In this document: one piece after another, positions 28,148 to 39,222 of the stretch
Numbering within the stretch: the stretch's first letter is position 1
How the letters are laid out: each line of letters opens with the position of its first letter
Source: an uncultured Legionella sp.
GTDB lineage: Bacteria > Pseudomonadota > Gammaproteobacteria > Legionellales > Legionellaceae
Length of the DNA stretch: 64,000 bases
Direction: 5' to 3'
Assembly: GCA_964513205.1 (NCBI GenBank)
Contig: CAZELP010000006.1
Location: 8,990 to 72,989, forward strand
Translations under genes and position numbers: made by a program
The notes under the pieces: generated by a model
Told to the model about the DNA's origin: nothing
The model's input: the letters and a program-made list of their open reading frames with translations, nothing else
Database searches by the model: none

Positions 28148-29301
28148 CTTCATCGTATGTATTCACATCCGAATCTGTTTCGGAAGGTCACCCAGATAAA
28201 ATTGCAGATCAAATCTCAGATGCGATTTTGGATGCAATCTTGACCCAAGATCAACGCGCGCGTGTCGCGTGTGAGACTTATGTCAAGACTGGCATGGTTT
28301 TAGTCGGTGGAGAGATCACAACTCATGCATGGGTTGATGTAGAAGACATTACGCGTAGCGTGATTCGTGATATAGGGTATAACCATTCTGAAATGGGATT
28401 TGATTGGAAATCTTGCGCTGTTTTGTCTGCTATTGGTAAACAGTCACCGGATATTGCTCAAGGTGTTGATAATGAACAAACTCACCAGTTGGGTGCGGGT
28501 GATCAGGGGCTGATGTTTGGTTATGCGACCAATGAAACTGAACATTACATGCCGGCCCCAATCGCTTATGCACATCAATTAATGGCACGGCAATCTTATC
28601 TCCGAAAAAATGGAGTTTTACCTTGGCTTCGTCCAGATGCAAAGTCTCAGGTCACTTTAAATTATGTCGATAAAAAACCAGTTTCTGTGAATACAGTTGT
28701 GCTTTCCACACAACACGCTCCAGAAATTGATCACAAAAATTTAGTAGAAGCGGTCATTGAGGAAATTATTAAACCGACTTTACCGGCAGAATGGCTCACA
28801 AAAGACACACGCTATTTTGTAAATCCGACAGGTCGTTTTGTGATAGGCGGTCCTTTGGGGGATTGTGGTTTGACCGGTCGTAAAATTATTGTGGACACAT
28901 ACGGCGGAATGGCGCGGCATGGGGGAGGATGTTTTTCGGGAAAAGATCCGTCAAAAGTCGATCGTTCTGCAGCTTATGCAGCAAGATATGTTGCAAAAAA
29001 TATCGTTGCGGCCGGCCTCGCGGAGCAGTGTGAGATACAAATCTCTTATGCTATTGGTGTTGCTGAACCGACTTCAATATTTATTGAAACTTTTGGAACG
29101 GGATTACTACCGACGGAAGAGTTGATTCGTTTGGTGAACACACATTTTGATCTGACTCCACAAGGAATTATTGATCATCATGACTTGCTAAGACCTATCT
29201 ATAGAAAAACAGCCACGTTAGGTCATTATGGGCGAGAAGAGTTTCCTTGGGAAAGATTAGATAAAGTGGATGTCCTCAGAAACTGTCTCCACGATCGTTA
29301 A
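28144..29301 (+). CDS. metK: S-adenosylmethionine synthase
   Basis: The GTG start overlaps the carA stop as GTGA. Motifs read: '[15 protein letters not shown]', '[12 protein letters not shown]' and '[16 protein letters not shown]'. Confidence 0.97.
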   Translation: MTSSYVFTSESVSEGHPDKIADQISDAILDAILTQDQRARVACETYVKTGMVLVGGEITTHAWVDVEDITRSVIRDIGYNHSEMGFDWKSCAVLSAIGKQSPDIAQGVDNEQTHQLGAGDQGLMFGYATNETEHYMPAPIAYAHQLMARQSYLRKNGVLPWLRPDAKSQVTLNYVDKKPVSVNTVVLSTQHAPEIDHKNLVEAVIEEIIKPTLPAEWLTKDTRYFVNPTGRFVIGGPLGDCGLTGRKIIVDTYGGMARHGGGCFSGKDPSKVDRSAAYAARYVAKNIVAAGLAEQCEIQISYAIGVAEPTSIFIETFGTGLLPTEELIRLVNTHFDLTPQGIIDHHDLLRPIYRKTATLGHYGREEFPWERLDKVDVLRNCLHDR

Positions 29302-29406
29302 ACTAGGGTTACCAATCAACAGAGCCTAAACAGTATTGCATCCAGTTCTCAAAAAAGTGTTGATAGGGTAAGATAACGTAGTTCAGATGATCAAGGAGAA
29401 TCACTG

Positions 29407-30777
29407 ATGTACATCGAAACTATCAACCCTGCGACTGAAAAAACCATCAAACGTTATCCGTTTCAAAATGATGCAGAAATTTTAAAACGGATAAACTCTG
29501 CTCATTCGGCATTTGATGTCTGGCGTAAAATGTCTTTTTCCGAACGGAAAGTTTGTATGCTGCGTATGGCCAGCATTCTTCGCGATGAAAAAGAAACATT
29601 GGCGCCAATCATCATAGAAGAAATGGGGAAACCGCTTGCCTCGGCTTTAAATGAAATTGAAAAGTGCGCTTGGGTTTGCGAGCATTATGCAACGGAAGCC
29701 GAGCGGGAATTAGCTCCTACATTTATTCAAACAGAAGCTTTCGAAAGTAAGGTAGTTTACCAACCGTTGGGGGTTGTGCTTGCAATTATGCCTTGGAACT
29801 TTCCTTTTTGGCAGGTTTTTCGTTATGCTGCGCCTACTTTGATGGCGGGTAATACAACATTGCTTAAGCACGCGCCGATTACAACAGGCTGTGCTTTTGT
29901 GATAGAAGCCCTCTTTAAGAAAGCAGGGTTTCCTGAAGGTGTATTTCAAACAATTGTTCTAGACACTGAAAAAACAGAAATGGTGTTGGCGCATCCGGCG
30001 GTGGTTGCTGTGACCTTGACAGGAAGTGGACGTGCAGGGAGCGCTGTTGCAAGTCTTGCAGGCAAACATCTGAAGCGAGCCGTACTCGAATTAGGTGGAA
30101 ACGATCCTTATCTTATTTTGGCTGACGCTGATTTGAAACTTGCCGCACATGCTGTCGTGACCTCTCGTCTTAGTAATGCGGGGCAATCGTGTATTGCAGC
30201 AAAACGCATTATTGTGGTTGAACCTATTTACGAACAATTTATCGAGCTATTAAAAGAAGAAATGCAATCTTTTGAAATGGGTGATCCTCAGCTTTCCACA
30301 ACGACTATGGGACCGATTGCAAGAGCAGATTTGCGTGAAGGGCTACATAAGCAGGTTTTAATGAGTCAAGCTAAAGGCGCTGTCGTTTTAGTTGGCGGAA
30401 AAATTCCGTCCATGACGGGATTTTATTATCCACCTACATTATTAATAGATGTAATGCCAGGAATGCCTGCATTTGATGAGGAGCTATTTGGTCCTGTCAT
30501 TGCAGTCATCAAAGCATCTGACGAAAAAGAAGCAATTCGTTTGGCAAATCAAAGTCAATTTGGTTTGGGGGGAGGAGTTTTCACACAAGATCTAGTTCGA
30601 GGCGAAAAAATTGCGAGAGAAGAGATTGAAACAGGTACATGTGTAGTCAATCAATTTGTTGCATCTGATCCTCGATTACCCTTTGGTGGCGTCAAATCAT
30701 CTGGGTATGGACGCGAATTATCGAGAGCAGGGATCTTTGAGTTTGTAAATATAAAAACAATAGTGATCAATAGTTGA
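29407..30777 (+). CDS. NAD(P)-dependent aldehyde dehydrogenase, succinate-semialdehyde dehydrogenase-like
   Basis: SD 'AAGGAGA' is present. The catalytic Glu is in 'LELGGNDP' and the catalytic Cys in 'GQSCIAAKR'. 'FPFWQV' and 'EELFGPV' are also present. Confidence 0.85.
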   Translation: MYIETINPATEKTIKRYPFQNDAEILKRINSAHSAFDVWRKMSFSERKVCMLRMASILRDEKETLAPIIIEEMGKPLASALNEIEKCAWVCEHYATEAERELAPTFIQTEAFESKVVYQPLGVVLAIMPWNFPFWQVFRYAAPTLMAGNTTLLKHAPITTGCAFVIEALFKKAGFPEGVFQTIVLDTEKTEMVLAHPAVVAVTLTGSGRAGSAVASLAGKHLKRAVLELGGNDPYLILADADLKLAAHAVVTSRLSNAGQSCIAAKRIIVVEPIYEQFIELLKEEMQSFEMGDPQLSTTTMGPIARADLREGLHKQVLMSQAKGAVVLVGGKIPSMTGFYYPPTLLIDVMPGMPAFDEELFGPVIAVIKASDEKEAIRLANQSQFGLGGGVFTQDLVRGEKIAREEIETGTCVVNQFVASDPRLPFGGVKSSGYGRELSRAGIFEFVNIKTIVINS

Positions 30778-30848
30778 TCTCGTTGATAAATATTATGTTT
30801 TTGGAAAAAAAATTTAATAAAAATTTGATGATTTTTAATAGATATTTT

Positions 30849-30878
30849 TTGCAACCTGTAAGATTTTCATGTTATGCT
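30849..30878 (+). promoter_or_regulatory. Putative sigma70 promoter of the OMP gene
   Basis: TTGCAA (30849-30854), an 18-nt spacer, then TATGCT (30873-30878), with a TG 2 nt upstream of the -10. Confidence 0.35.
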
Positions 30879-30927
30879 GTTTTTCGGTGACTTAGAAATT
30901 TTTTTAGCAACGCAAGGAGCATTATTT

Positions 30928-31647
30928 ATGAAGAAAATCGTTCTAGCTATCGCTACAACTGCTGCAGTAACTGCAGCTCACGCTGGTTCTATGGGCCCTG
31001 TTTCAATGGCTTCTTACACACCTTACCTTACAGGTGAAGCTTCTTATACATGGCCTCAATCAGGAAGCTTGATCCTGAACAACAACTCCGCTACATCTTC
31101 TACTCAAGGTTGGGGTGGTCGTTTGGGCGCGGGTATGATGTATGGCTACTCTGAAAAGTTGAGCTTCACTGGTGAGATCGGTGGCGGATACTACGGAAGC
31201 CGTAATCAAAGCGTTCAAAGCGCAACTGGTCGCGTAGGTTCTTTCAACTACACGCTAGATGGCTATGATGTTTTAGCTGGTTTTGTTTACAAATGGAACT
31301 ACTTTGATGTGTTCTTCCAAGCTGGTTTCATGATGGAAAACATGCGTACTTCAATGACATCATACTTGTCAGAAGCAGTTCCTGGTGGTTTGATCTCTGG
31401 TTACATGAATGCAAATGGCAACCAAACTCAAACTTTACCTGAAATCAAAGTGGGTGGTATCTACAATATCAATCCTAACTGGGGTATTGATGTTGCTTAC
31501 ATGCATGTATTCGGTGGTTCTCCTTCTTTAGTTGCTCAACGATCTGCATCTTTGACAACTGGATTCTCAGAGAACATCTCTGCAAACATACAAAACCCAA
31601 CTTTAGACTCAGTTATGTTCGGCTTGCACTACAACTTTGTAATGTAA
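30928..31647 (+). CDS. Small outer-membrane beta-barrel protein (OmpA-barrel/opacity-like family), probably abundant
   Basis: ATG 30928 follows 'AAGGAG'. The signal peptide is 'MKKIVLAIATTAAVTAAHA'. Gly/aromatic beta-strand repeats run through the body. Codon choice is biased, and a strong terminator follows. Confidence 0.8.
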   Translation: MKKIVLAIATTAAVTAAHAGSMGPVSMASYTPYLTGEASYTWPQSGSLILNNNSATSSTQGWGGRLGAGMMYGYSEKLSFTGEIGGGYYGSRNQSVQSATGRVGSFNYTLDGYDVLAGFVYKWNYFDVFFQAGFMMENMRTSMTSYLSEAVPGGLISGYMNANGNQTQTLPEIKVGGIYNINPNWGIDVAYMHVFGGSPSLVAQRSASLTTGFSENISANIQNPTLDSVMFGLHYNFVM

Positions 31648-31656
31648 TTGCCATGA

Positions 31657-31693
31657 CCTGCTTCCTCTCAAAGGGGGAAGCAGGTTTTTTTTT
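31657..31693 (+). terminator. Rho-independent terminator after the OMP gene
   Basis: The stem pairs CCTGCTTCC (31657-31665) with GGAAGCAGG (31676-31684), and a T9 run follows at 31685-31693. Confidence 0.9.
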
Positions 31694-31928
31694 GCCTAAA
31701 ATAAAGTTTTATTGAGTCCAAAATATTTCTGACTCTATGCTATCTCCATATTCATTGAGATAGATGCCTCATCTCTATAAAATTCAAGCCATTTTATTTG
31801 TTACAAAGATTTTTCTAATCTAGAGCACTTTAACTGACTTTAAGTTTTCTGTTCTCACTAAACCACCTCTACCCATTCGGCTCAAAACCTTATAGAATGA
31901 AGCACCTTGTTTAAGATGCGATGCATGT

Positions 31929-34900
31929 ATGCCAAAGCGAACCGATCTCAAATCCATTCTTATTTTAGGTGCAGGACCCATCGTCATTGGACAAGCTGGC
32001 GAGTTTGATTATTCAGGCTCTCAGGCTGTTCGTGCATTGAAAGAAGAGGGATATCGCATCATTTTAGTCAACTCGAATCCTGCAACAATCATGACCGACC
32101 CTGATTTAGCAGATGCGACTTATATTGAACCCATTCTTTGGCCCGAAGTCGCCAATATTATTGAAAAAGAACGGCCTGATGCCCTATTGCCCACAATGGG
32201 TGGACAAACAGCTCTGAATTGTGCTCTTGATCTGGTGCGAGAAGGAATTTTGGCGCGCTATGAAGTTGAATTAATTGGTGCAACAAAAGAGGCCATCGAC
32301 AAAGCTGAAGATCGAGAAAAATTTAGACGATTGATGCAAGACATTGGTCTTGAAATGCCACGCTCAGCAATTGCCCATAGTCTTGAAGAAGCTTTTTCTG
32401 TGCAGGCCTATCTTGGATTCCCAACGATTATACGTCCTTCATTTACAATGGGGGGAAGTGGCGGAGGGATTGCATATAACCGAGAAGAGTTTGAGGCCAT
32501 TTGTACCCAAGGATTGGCACTTTCTCCCACACATGAACTATTACTTGATGAGTCTGTATTGGGGTGGAAAGAGTTTGAGATGGAAGTGGTTCGCGATAAA
32601 AAAGACAATTGTATCATTGTATGCTCTATTGAAAATTTTGATCCAATGGGCGTGCATACAGGCGATTCAATCACAGTTGCTCCAGCTCAGACGTTGACAG
32701 ATAAAGAATATCAGCGCATGCGTGATGCGGCTATTCGCGTTTTGCGTGCCGTGGGTGTTGAGACAGGTGGGGCAAATGTTCAGTTTGCTGTAAATCCAGA
32801 GGATGGTCGTCTTTTGGTTGTTGAGATGAACCCGAGAGTTTCTAGAAGCTCCGCACTTGCATCAAAAGCAACAGGATTTCCGATTGCAAAAATTGCAGCT
32901 AAACTTGCCATTGGTTATACATTAGATGAGTTGACAAATGAAATAACAGGCCATAAAACACCGGCTTCTTTTGAGCCCTCTATTGATTATGTTGTGACGA
33001 AAATACCTCGTTTTAATTTTGATAAATTTCCAGAGACAAAGCCTTCTTTGTCCACACAGATGAAATCAGTGGGCGAAGTGATGGCGATAGGTGAAAACTT
33101 TCGTGCTTCTTTGCAAAAAGCCATTAGAAGCTTAGAGATTGGTCGTGATAGTTTGCAGTCATTATTGAAAGGTGAACTTGATTCTGCGACACTCCGCGGC
33201 TTATTACGGGAGCCCACGCCAGATCGATTATGGTATATTGCGGATGCTTTTCGTTATGGCATGAATGTGGATGAAATTTATCAAGAATGTCATGTGGATC
33301 CTTGGTTTTTACGACAAATTGAGACGTTAGTGGGATTTGAATATGCTTTAGCAGATCTTTCTCTCGATGCCATTAGTGAAGACGCTCTCCGCGAGCTTAA
33401 ACAAGTCGGTTTTTCAGATCGTTATGTTGGGCAATTGCTCAGCTCTACTGAGGCAGAAGTGCGTGAAAGACGGTGGGCATTGAATATTCGCCCAACATAT
33501 AAACGAATCGATTCTTGTGCGGGTGAATTTCCAACACAGACACCTTATCTGTATTCTTGTTATCGCCATTCTTGTGAAGCATTCCCAACAGAACGTAAAA
33601 AAGTGGTTATTTTGGGTGGCGGGCCGAATCGCATTGGCCAAGGCATTGAATTCGATTACTGTTGTGTCCACGCGACAATGGCGTTGCGGGAAGCCGGTTT
33701 TGAAACCATCATGGTAAACTGCAATCCTGAGACAGTGTCGACTGACGTCGATGTTTCTGACCGATTGTATTTTGAGCCAATTACGCTGGAAGATGTACTC
33801 GAAATCATTGCATTAGAAAAACCAGAAGGCGTCATTGTTGATTATGGTGGACAGACTCCTCTGAAACTGGCAAAGACTCTGGCCGAGCAGGGCGTGGTTA
33901 TTCTTGGTACTCAACCGGATGCCATTGATGAGGCTGAAGATCGTGAACGTTTTCAAAAAGTGATTACACGGCTCAATTTACATCAACCACCGAATGGTAC
34001 TGTTCGAAGTGAATCTGAAGCCATCGTGGTTGCCGAAAAAATTGGCTATCCTCTGGTTGTTCGACCTTCCTATGTGTTGGGTGGACGAGCCATGGAAATT
34101 GTGTATCACGAAGAGGATCTTCGGCGTTATCTGACCCAAGCGGTTGCGGTGTCAGAGGATTCTCCTGTACTTTTGGATAAATTTCTAAATGATGCTATTG
34201 AGGTTGATGTGGATGCTGTTTGTGATGGAGAGCATGTTTTGATTGGCGCCATCATGGAACACATCGAGCAAGCAGGAGTTCATTCGGGTGATTCTGCATG
34301 TACATTGCCTCCTTTTAGTCTAAGCAGCGTTGTGCAGCAAGATCTTGCCGAACAAATGCGAATGCTAGCTCTTGAGCTTGGCGTGTGTGGTTTAGTCAAT
34401 GCTCAGTTTGCCATTCAATCAGATGACATTTACGTGCTCGAGGTGAATCCTAGAGCTTCAAGAACGGTTCCTTTTGTTTCAAAAGCGACGGGATTACCAC
34501 TGGCAAAAATTGCCGCTCGTTGTAAAATTGGAATGAGTTTGCGAGCACAAGGCCTTTTGCAGCGACAACCGAATCCAAATTTTTATGCAATCAAATTACC
34601 TGTTTTTCCTTTCATCAAATTTTCTGGAGTCGACTCTATTCTGGGACCCGAAATGAAATCTACAGGTGAAGCAATGGGGATTGCAAAACGATTTGGACAA
34701 GCCTATAGTAAGGCCCAACTTGGTGCTGGTGCGCACATGACAAAACGCAAACGCGCATTTTTATCTGTTCGTGATGCAGATAAAACGCGTGTGGGCGAAA
34801 TTGCAAAAAGATTGACTGATTTGGGATTTGAACTTGTCGCAACACGAGGTACCGCTATGGTGATACAAGCCGCAGGAATTGACTGTCGGCGTATTTTTAA

Positions 34901-35159
34901 AGTCGCTGAAGGAAGGCCACATATTGTGGACTACATTAAAAATAACGACATTGATTTCATCGTCAATACGACAGAAGGTAAACAAGCCATTGCCGATTCA
35001 TTTTCGATTCGACGTAATGCATTGCAGTATAAAGTGAGTTATACGACGACTTTATCCGGAGCCGAAGCCTCATGTCTTGCCATGAAATATGAAGATAGAA
35101 AAACGGTCACGCGATTACAAGATTTATGGGAGAAGGACATATGCAAAAACATCCAATGA
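31929..35159 (+). CDS. carB: Carbamoyl-phosphate synthase large subunit
   Basis: 1076 aa. The start is '[30 protein letters not shown]'. It has duplicated ATP-grasp halves (the second begins '[21 protein letters not shown]') and a C-terminal MGS-like domain. Confidence 0.98.
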   Translation: MPKRTDLKSILILGAGPIVIGQAGEFDYSGSQAVRALKEEGYRIILVNSNPATIMTDPDLADATYIEPILWPEVANIIEKERPDALLPTMGGQTALNCALDLVREGILARYEVELIGATKEAIDKAEDREKFRRLMQDIGLEMPRSAIAHSLEEAFSVQAYLGFPTIIRPSFTMGGSGGGIAYNREEFEAICTQGLALSPTHELLLDESVLGWKEFEMEVVRDKKDNCIIVCSIENFDPMGVHTGDSITVAPAQTLTDKEYQRMRDAAIRVLRAVGVETGGANVQFAVNPEDGRLLVVEMNPRVSRSSALASKATGFPIAKIAAKLAIGYTLDELTNEITGHKTPASFEPSIDYVVTKIPRFNFDKFPETKPSLSTQMKSVGEVMAIGENFRASLQKAIRSLEIGRDSLQSLLKGELDSATLRGLLREPTPDRLWYIADAFRYGMNVDEIYQECHVDPWFLRQIETLVGFEYALADLSLDAISEDALRELKQVGFSDRYVGQLLSSTEAEVRERRWALNIRPTYKRIDSCAGEFPTQTPYLYSCYRHSCEAFPTERKKVVILGGGPNRIGQGIEFDYCCVHATMALREAGFETIMVNCNPETVSTDVDVSDRLYFEPITLEDVLEIIALEKPEGVIVDYGGQTPLKLAKTLAEQGVVILGTQPDAIDEAEDRERFQKVITRLNLHQPPNGTVRSESEAIVVAEKIGYPLVVRPSYVLGGRAMEIVYHEEDLRRYLTQAVAVSEDSPVLLDKFLNDAIEVDVDAVCDGEHVLIGAIMEHIEQAGVHSGDSACTLPPFSLSSVVQQDLAEQMRMLALELGVCGLVNAQFAIQSDDIYVLEVNPRASRTVPFVSKATGLPLAKIAARCKIGMSLRAQGLLQRQPNPNFYAIKLPVFPFIKFSGVDSILGPEMKSTGEAMGIAKRFGQAYSKAQLGAGAHMTKRKRAFLSVRDADKTRVGEIAKRLTDLGFELVATRGTAMVIQAAGIDCRRIFKVAEGRPHIVDYIKNNDIDFIVNTTEGKQAIADSFSIRRNALQYKVSYTTTLSGAEASCLAMKYEDRKTVTRLQDLWEKDICKNIQ

Positions 35160-35620
35160 CACCAGAAGGAGCAGAGACACTTCGTCAAGAACTGCATCGT
35201 CTTAAGTCGATTGAAAGACCTCGTATCATTGAAGCGATTGCAGTTGCAAGAGCGCATGGCGATTTAAAGGAAAATGCAGAATACCATGCGGCACGTGAGC
35301 AACAAAGTTTCAATGAAGGGCGTATTCTGGAGCTTGAAGCGAAACTTTCCAATGTGCAAATCATTGATGTTCGCAAAATGCCGAATCAAGGCAAGGTCAT
35401 TTTTGGCTCTGTGGTGACACTCTGTAATATTGGCTCTGGAGACGAAATTACTTATCAATTGGTTGGTGTTGATGAGGCTGATATCAAATTAAATAAAATT
35501 TCTTTCAGCTCACCAATCGGACGTGCTGTTATTGCCAAGCAAGTAGGGGATTGTGTAATGGTCGAAACCCCAGGTGGAATGGTTGAATATGAAATTGTTG
35601 AAGTGAGTTATGAATATTAA
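35141..35620 (+). CDS. greA: Transcription elongation factor GreA
   Basis: The start is '[22 protein letters not shown]'. '[19 protein letters not shown]' is present. The gene overlaps the carB 3' end by 19 nt. Confidence 0.95.
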   Translation: MQKHPMTPEGAETLRQELHRLKSIERPRIIEAIAVARAHGDLKENAEYHAAREQQSFNEGRILELEAKLSNVQIIDVRKMPNQGKVIFGSVVTLCNIGSGDEITYQLVGVDEADIKLNKISFSSPIGRAVIAKQVGDCVMVETPGGMVEYEIVEVSYEY

Positions 35621-35640
35621 ACATAATCACCAATAGAGCG

Positions 35641-35684
35641 CTTGCATAACCTCGCACTAAAACAAAATTCACAGGTTATGCAAG
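35641..35684. repeat. Perfect 12-bp inverted repeat in the greA/nnrD convergent spacer
   Basis: CTTGCATAACCT (35641-35652) and AGGTTATGCAAG (35673-35684) are separated by 20 nt. There is no flanking T-tract. It may be a bidirectional terminator or a binding site. Confidence 0.5.
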
Positions 35685-35698
35685 AGCACCTTCTGGAT

Positions 35699-36559
35699 CT
35701 AGTTGGTTTGTCCAAGATCATTGATTAGTCTTGGAATTTCTTGCAGTAGGTCACTGGCTAAAAGTCCTCTCTGGCCTTGTGATGCAGCCACAATGTCACC
35801 AGCCCAAGCATGTAAGTAGACACCTGCACATGCTGATTTCCATAGACTTAAGCCTTGTGCCACGCATCCTGAAATAATACCTGAAAGCAAATCTCCCATT
35901 CCTGCAGTCGCCATGCCTGGGTTCCCGTGTGGACAAATGAGGGGTGATTCTTTTATCGACCCTATGATTGTATGGGCTCCTTTTAGAATGCAGACACCAG
36001 GATATTGTTGTGTGAGACGTTTTATTGTTTTGAGTCGATCTTGCTGCACAAGCGATGTGGATGTGTCGAGTAGTCTGGCAGCTTCTCCAGGATGAGGCGT
36101 TAAGATGCAGTCAGCAGGAACCGTCATGTTAAGTTCTGAAAGCCAGTTTAACGCATCTGCATCAATGATTTTGGGTTGAGACTGTTGCATCATGTAACTG
36201 AATAATTGTTTGGACCATGGGCTTTTTCCAAGACCAGGGCCAAGTACGATGACGGTTGCTTTTTTTACAATGGGGTCGAGGCCATTGTTGATATGGTCAA
36301 AGCCATAGCAGATTAATTCAGGTCGTCCAGCTGTAATGGATAATGCGTGCTCCGCGCGTGTCACAACAGTAACTAAGCCTGCACCGGTTCTTAACGCACC
36401 TTCTGCTGCAATGCGTACAGAGCCTGGCATACCGGTATCGCCACCAACAATTAGAACGTTACCAAAAAGATGCTTGTGAGCATCAAGCGGGCGTGGAGTA
36501 AACCAAGATTGAATCTCTTTTAAGGTGAGCGTTTCAGATGGATTTGGTCGCATAATCAA
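35699..36559 (-). CDS. nnrD: ADP-dependent NAD(P)H-hydrate dehydratase (YjeF C-terminal domain only)
   Basis: Motifs read: 'HKHLFGNVLIVGGDTGMPG', 'VLGPGLG' and 'ATAGMGDLLSG'. There is no N-terminal epimerase domain. Confidence 0.85.
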   Translation of the reverse strand: MIMRPNPSETLTLKEIQSWFTPRPLDAHKHLFGNVLIVGGDTGMPGSVRIAAEGALRTGAGLVTVVTRAEHALSITAGRPELICYGFDHINNGLDPIVKKATVIVLGPGLGKSPWSKQLFSYMMQQSQPKIIDADALNWLSELNMTVPADCILTPHPGEAARLLDTSTSLVQQDRLKTIKRLTQQYPGVCILKGAHTIIGSIKESPLICPHGNPGMATAGMGDLLSGIISGCVAQGLSLWKSACAGVYLHAWAGDIVAASQGQRGLLASDLLQEIPRLINDLGQTN

Positions 36560-37233
36560 GGAATATAGTAGTAAGGATTAGGAAGTTTAAACGTTTTCAT
36601 CGCGTGTCCGCCCTCCAAATCACTTGCTTGATCGCCGATAGAAGCGATGATGACATAACCTTGTTGCTCTATTTGAGCTCTTGTTTCAGATTTAAAAGGA
36701 ATTGCCGAATTTTTATCATAGGATTTGGGTTTGTAGTAGACTTCTTTCCACTCAGTAAATCCTTTCTTTTTGAGATTCTCTTCGGTTTTTTGTTTAAAGA
36801 CATTTGTTCGACCTGTAATAAAAAAGACGTCGACATGATGCTTTAAAGCGTCTTGATAAAGCGCTAATGTAGCAGGGAGAGCTGGTTCGTTGGCCTTTAA
36901 GTGCTCTTTGTCAAAAACATCCAGCGGGGCGCAAAAATGATAAGATTGCATCACAGGATAATTTGACAAACTCGTCTCATCTATATCCAACACAAGAGCC
37001 AGTCGTTTTGGATTTTTAGCGTGTTGATTTTCATCCGCGGTTTTATCTATGAATTTTTTTGCTTTGGCGATCACTTTTGCAAACTCCGCATCATATTGTC
37101 CTGATGCATGATAAATCTCAAGTTGCTTTTTTAATTGTCCAAGATTTACGGGCTCTGCGAATGATTTGCTGCAGAGTAGTACAGCACAAGCGAGCGCAAA
37201 AAAACTATTCATAACAAGCTGAGATGGATTCAT
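36556..37233 (-). CDS. Secreted class B acid phosphatase (HAD subfamily IIIB)
   Basis: The signal peptide is 'FFALACAVLLCSKSFA'. The HAD motifs are 'LVLDIDETSL', 'FFITGR' and 'IGDQASD'. It overlaps the nnrD start by 4 nt. Confidence 0.8.
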   Translation of the reverse strand: MNPSQLVMNSFFALACAVLLCSKSFAEPVNLGQLKKQLEIYHASGQYDAEFAKVIAKAKKFIDKTADENQHAKNPKRLALVLDIDETSLSNYPVMQSYHFCAPLDVFDKEHLKANEPALPATLALYQDALKHHVDVFFITGRTNVFKQKTEENLKKKGFTEWKEVYYKPKSYDKNSAIPFKSETRAQIEQQGYVIIASIGDQASDLEGGHAMKTFKLPNPYYYIP

Positions 37234-37346
37234 AATGTTAAAGTCTTTTAAGATGAGAGGGTATGATTATAAGAAGAACCAGAGGCTTGTCAACTGAGTA
37301 TTTCGATGGTGAGCATGTCGCGCTCAATTGAATGAACTGCCAGGAA

Positions 37347-37547
37347 TTAAATTTTGGGTGGGGTCAATTTCAGCCAAATACGTTCGTGGCAATAAAATAA
37401 GATAATTTTACTGAGCATTTCCAGAAGGCCAACATAAAAAGATGTTTGCCACTCGTGTGTGAAAAAATAAACGGCGATCATGGTGGCTAATGTTCCAAAA
37501 ATACGCCAACTGACGGCTTTTAATAAACTTTTGAAATGAGAATCCAT
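37347..37547 (-). CDS. Small two-TM membrane protein, DUF2061-like
   Basis: 66 aa, with 'SLLKAVSWRIFGTLATM'. It starts in the nucleotide immediately after the stop of the sat/cysC gene. From memory, DUF2061 co-occurs with or is fused to APS kinases. Confidence 0.55.
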   Translation of the reverse strand: MDSHFKSLLKAVSWRIFGTLATMIAVYFFTHEWQTSFYVGLLEMLSKIILFYCHERIWLKLTPPKI

Positions 37548-39149
37548 TTATAATATGTCCATAATAAGCTCAATTGCTTCTGAGATGGATAAGTCACTTG
37601 TATCAATGATTAAATCAGGATTTTCTGGTGATTCATAGGGCGCACTAATGCCTGTGAATGCTTGAATTTCCCCACGTTGTGCTTGCAAATAGAGCCCTTT
37701 CACATCTCTTTTTTGGCATGTTTCAAGAGGTGTTGCCACATAAATCTCAAGAAAACGTCCATTTTCGGAGACCATTTTTTTCATGACGTCGCGTGTCGAT
37801 TTGTACGGAGCTATTGCTGCAATAATGGCAATGCCACGATGTTTGGTAATCTCTGAGGCTACATAAGCCACTCGCTCAAGGTGTTTATTTCGGTCTTCTG
37901 GGCTGAAGCCCAGTTCTGAAGACAAATTTTTTCGAAGGATGTCTCCATCTAACAGTGTGACGGTTCGTGTTGTTTGTTCTTGAATCGTTGCTTTTAATGC
38001 TTGGGCCAATGTCGATTTTCCAGCACCAGAGAGTCCTGTAAAGAGAATAGTGAGGCCTTGTTTTGATTCAGCAGGGTAAGTTTCACTTAAAATGTTGTTG
38101 ATTTCTGGGAAAGTGAACCATTCTGGAATTGCCCGTCCTTCTTTTAGATGCGCACGCAGTTCTGTTCCGGATAGTGTTTGAATGTCGGCTTCTTCTTCAA
38201 CTTTGTCTATCCCGATAAAAATCTGGCGTTTTTTGTCAAAGACCATCTCTGGATAAGGTAAGGGTATAATGCCGATTTCTTTTTGATGCTCCTGTAACAA
38301 TGTTTGTGCTGCATAGGGTGAATAAAAATCAGGTCCGAGGCCTGCATGATCGCGTCCGACGATAAAGTGGGTTGCTCCATAATTTTTTCGAATGAGTGCG
38401 TGCCAGAGTGCTTCTTTAGGGCCAGCCATACGCATTGCCAGGGGAAGAAGACTTAATTGTACAGGTATGTCTTCGTATTTTTTTAAAATTTCGATGTAAC
38501 ATTTGACGCGAGTGATGTAATCAATGTCATCTGGTTTTGTCATTCCCACAACGGGATGAATCAGCAGATGACCACCGATTTCTTGAGCCGCTCTTTTGGT
38601 CAGTTCGAAGTGAGCTCGATGCATTGGATTTCGTGTTTGAAATGCGACAACTTTATCCCATCCTGCATATTGGAACAGTGATTTTAACGTGCTGGGTGTG
38701 TGCCGATATTGAATAAAATCTGAGTGTTGAGGCAATCTGATTTCAGTCAAAGGTCCACCCACATACCATTCATGAGACTGATGTTTGAGTGCGTAAACTC
38801 CTGGGTGTTTTTCATTTTGTGTGCCAAATACACATTGCGCTTCTTGTGTTTTGTTTGGCTTCCAAATGGATGTGACGGTAAGTGTGGCGATGGGAGTATT
38901 GTCTGCTGCGACCAGTGTGATTTTTTCTTGATATGCCAAATTTCTTGCAAGTTCATCGCTGATATCCAGCGTGATGGGGATGGGGAAAAGGGTGCCGTCT
39001 AAAAGACGCATTGTGTCGCAAACAGATTGGTATTCTGCTTGTGTTAAGAATCCATGCAAGGGTGAAAATGCACCATTTAAAAGACATTCAACGTCACAAA
39101 GTTGCTTGGGTGTGAGTGTTAACGTTTGAGTTTGTGTGCACAACATCAT
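37548..39149 (-). CDS. Bifunctional sulfate adenylyltransferase / adenylyl-sulfate kinase (PAPS synthase)
   Basis: The ATP-sulfurylase motifs are 'FQTRNPMHRAHFELT', 'HPVVGMTKPDDIDY' and 'VGRDHAG'. The C-terminal APS kinase has the P-loop 'GLSGAGKST'. Confidence 0.9.
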   Translation of the reverse strand: MMLCTQTQTLTLTPKQLCDVECLLNGAFSPLHGFLTQAEYQSVCDTMRLLDGTLFPIPITLDISDELARNLAYQEKITLVAADNTPIATLTVTSIWKPNKTQEAQCVFGTQNEKHPGVYALKHQSHEWYVGGPLTEIRLPQHSDFIQYRHTPSTLKSLFQYAGWDKVVAFQTRNPMHRAHFELTKRAAQEIGGHLLIHPVVGMTKPDDIDYITRVKCYIEILKKYEDIPVQLSLLPLAMRMAGPKEALWHALIRKNYGATHFIVGRDHAGLGPDFYSPYAAQTLLQEHQKEIGIIPLPYPEMVFDKKRQIFIGIDKVEEEADIQTLSGTELRAHLKEGRAIPEWFTFPEINNILSETYPAESKQGLTILFTGLSGAGKSTLAQALKATIQEQTTRTVTLLDGDILRKNLSSELGFSPEDRNKHLERVAYVASEITKHRGIAIIAAIAPYKSTRDVMKKMVSENGRFLEIYVATPLETCQKRDVKGLYLQAQRGEIQAFTGISAPYESPENPDLIIDTSDLSISEAIELIMDIL

Positions 39150-39222
39150 GTCAATTGATCCATTTCATACTTTGCTGGCTAAGATAAATAATTTTGGACA
39201 AGTAAACAAGCCAATATTTAAG

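Noticed and set aside
31694-31928. A possible leader peptide or attenuator lies upstream of carB. A 19-codon ORF (MPHLYKIQAILFVTKIFLI) starts at about 31768, and there is a 7-bp hairpin.
   Set aside because: There is no convincing SD, no run of regulatory codons, and no terminator-like structure before carB. The evidence is insufficient to call an attenuator.
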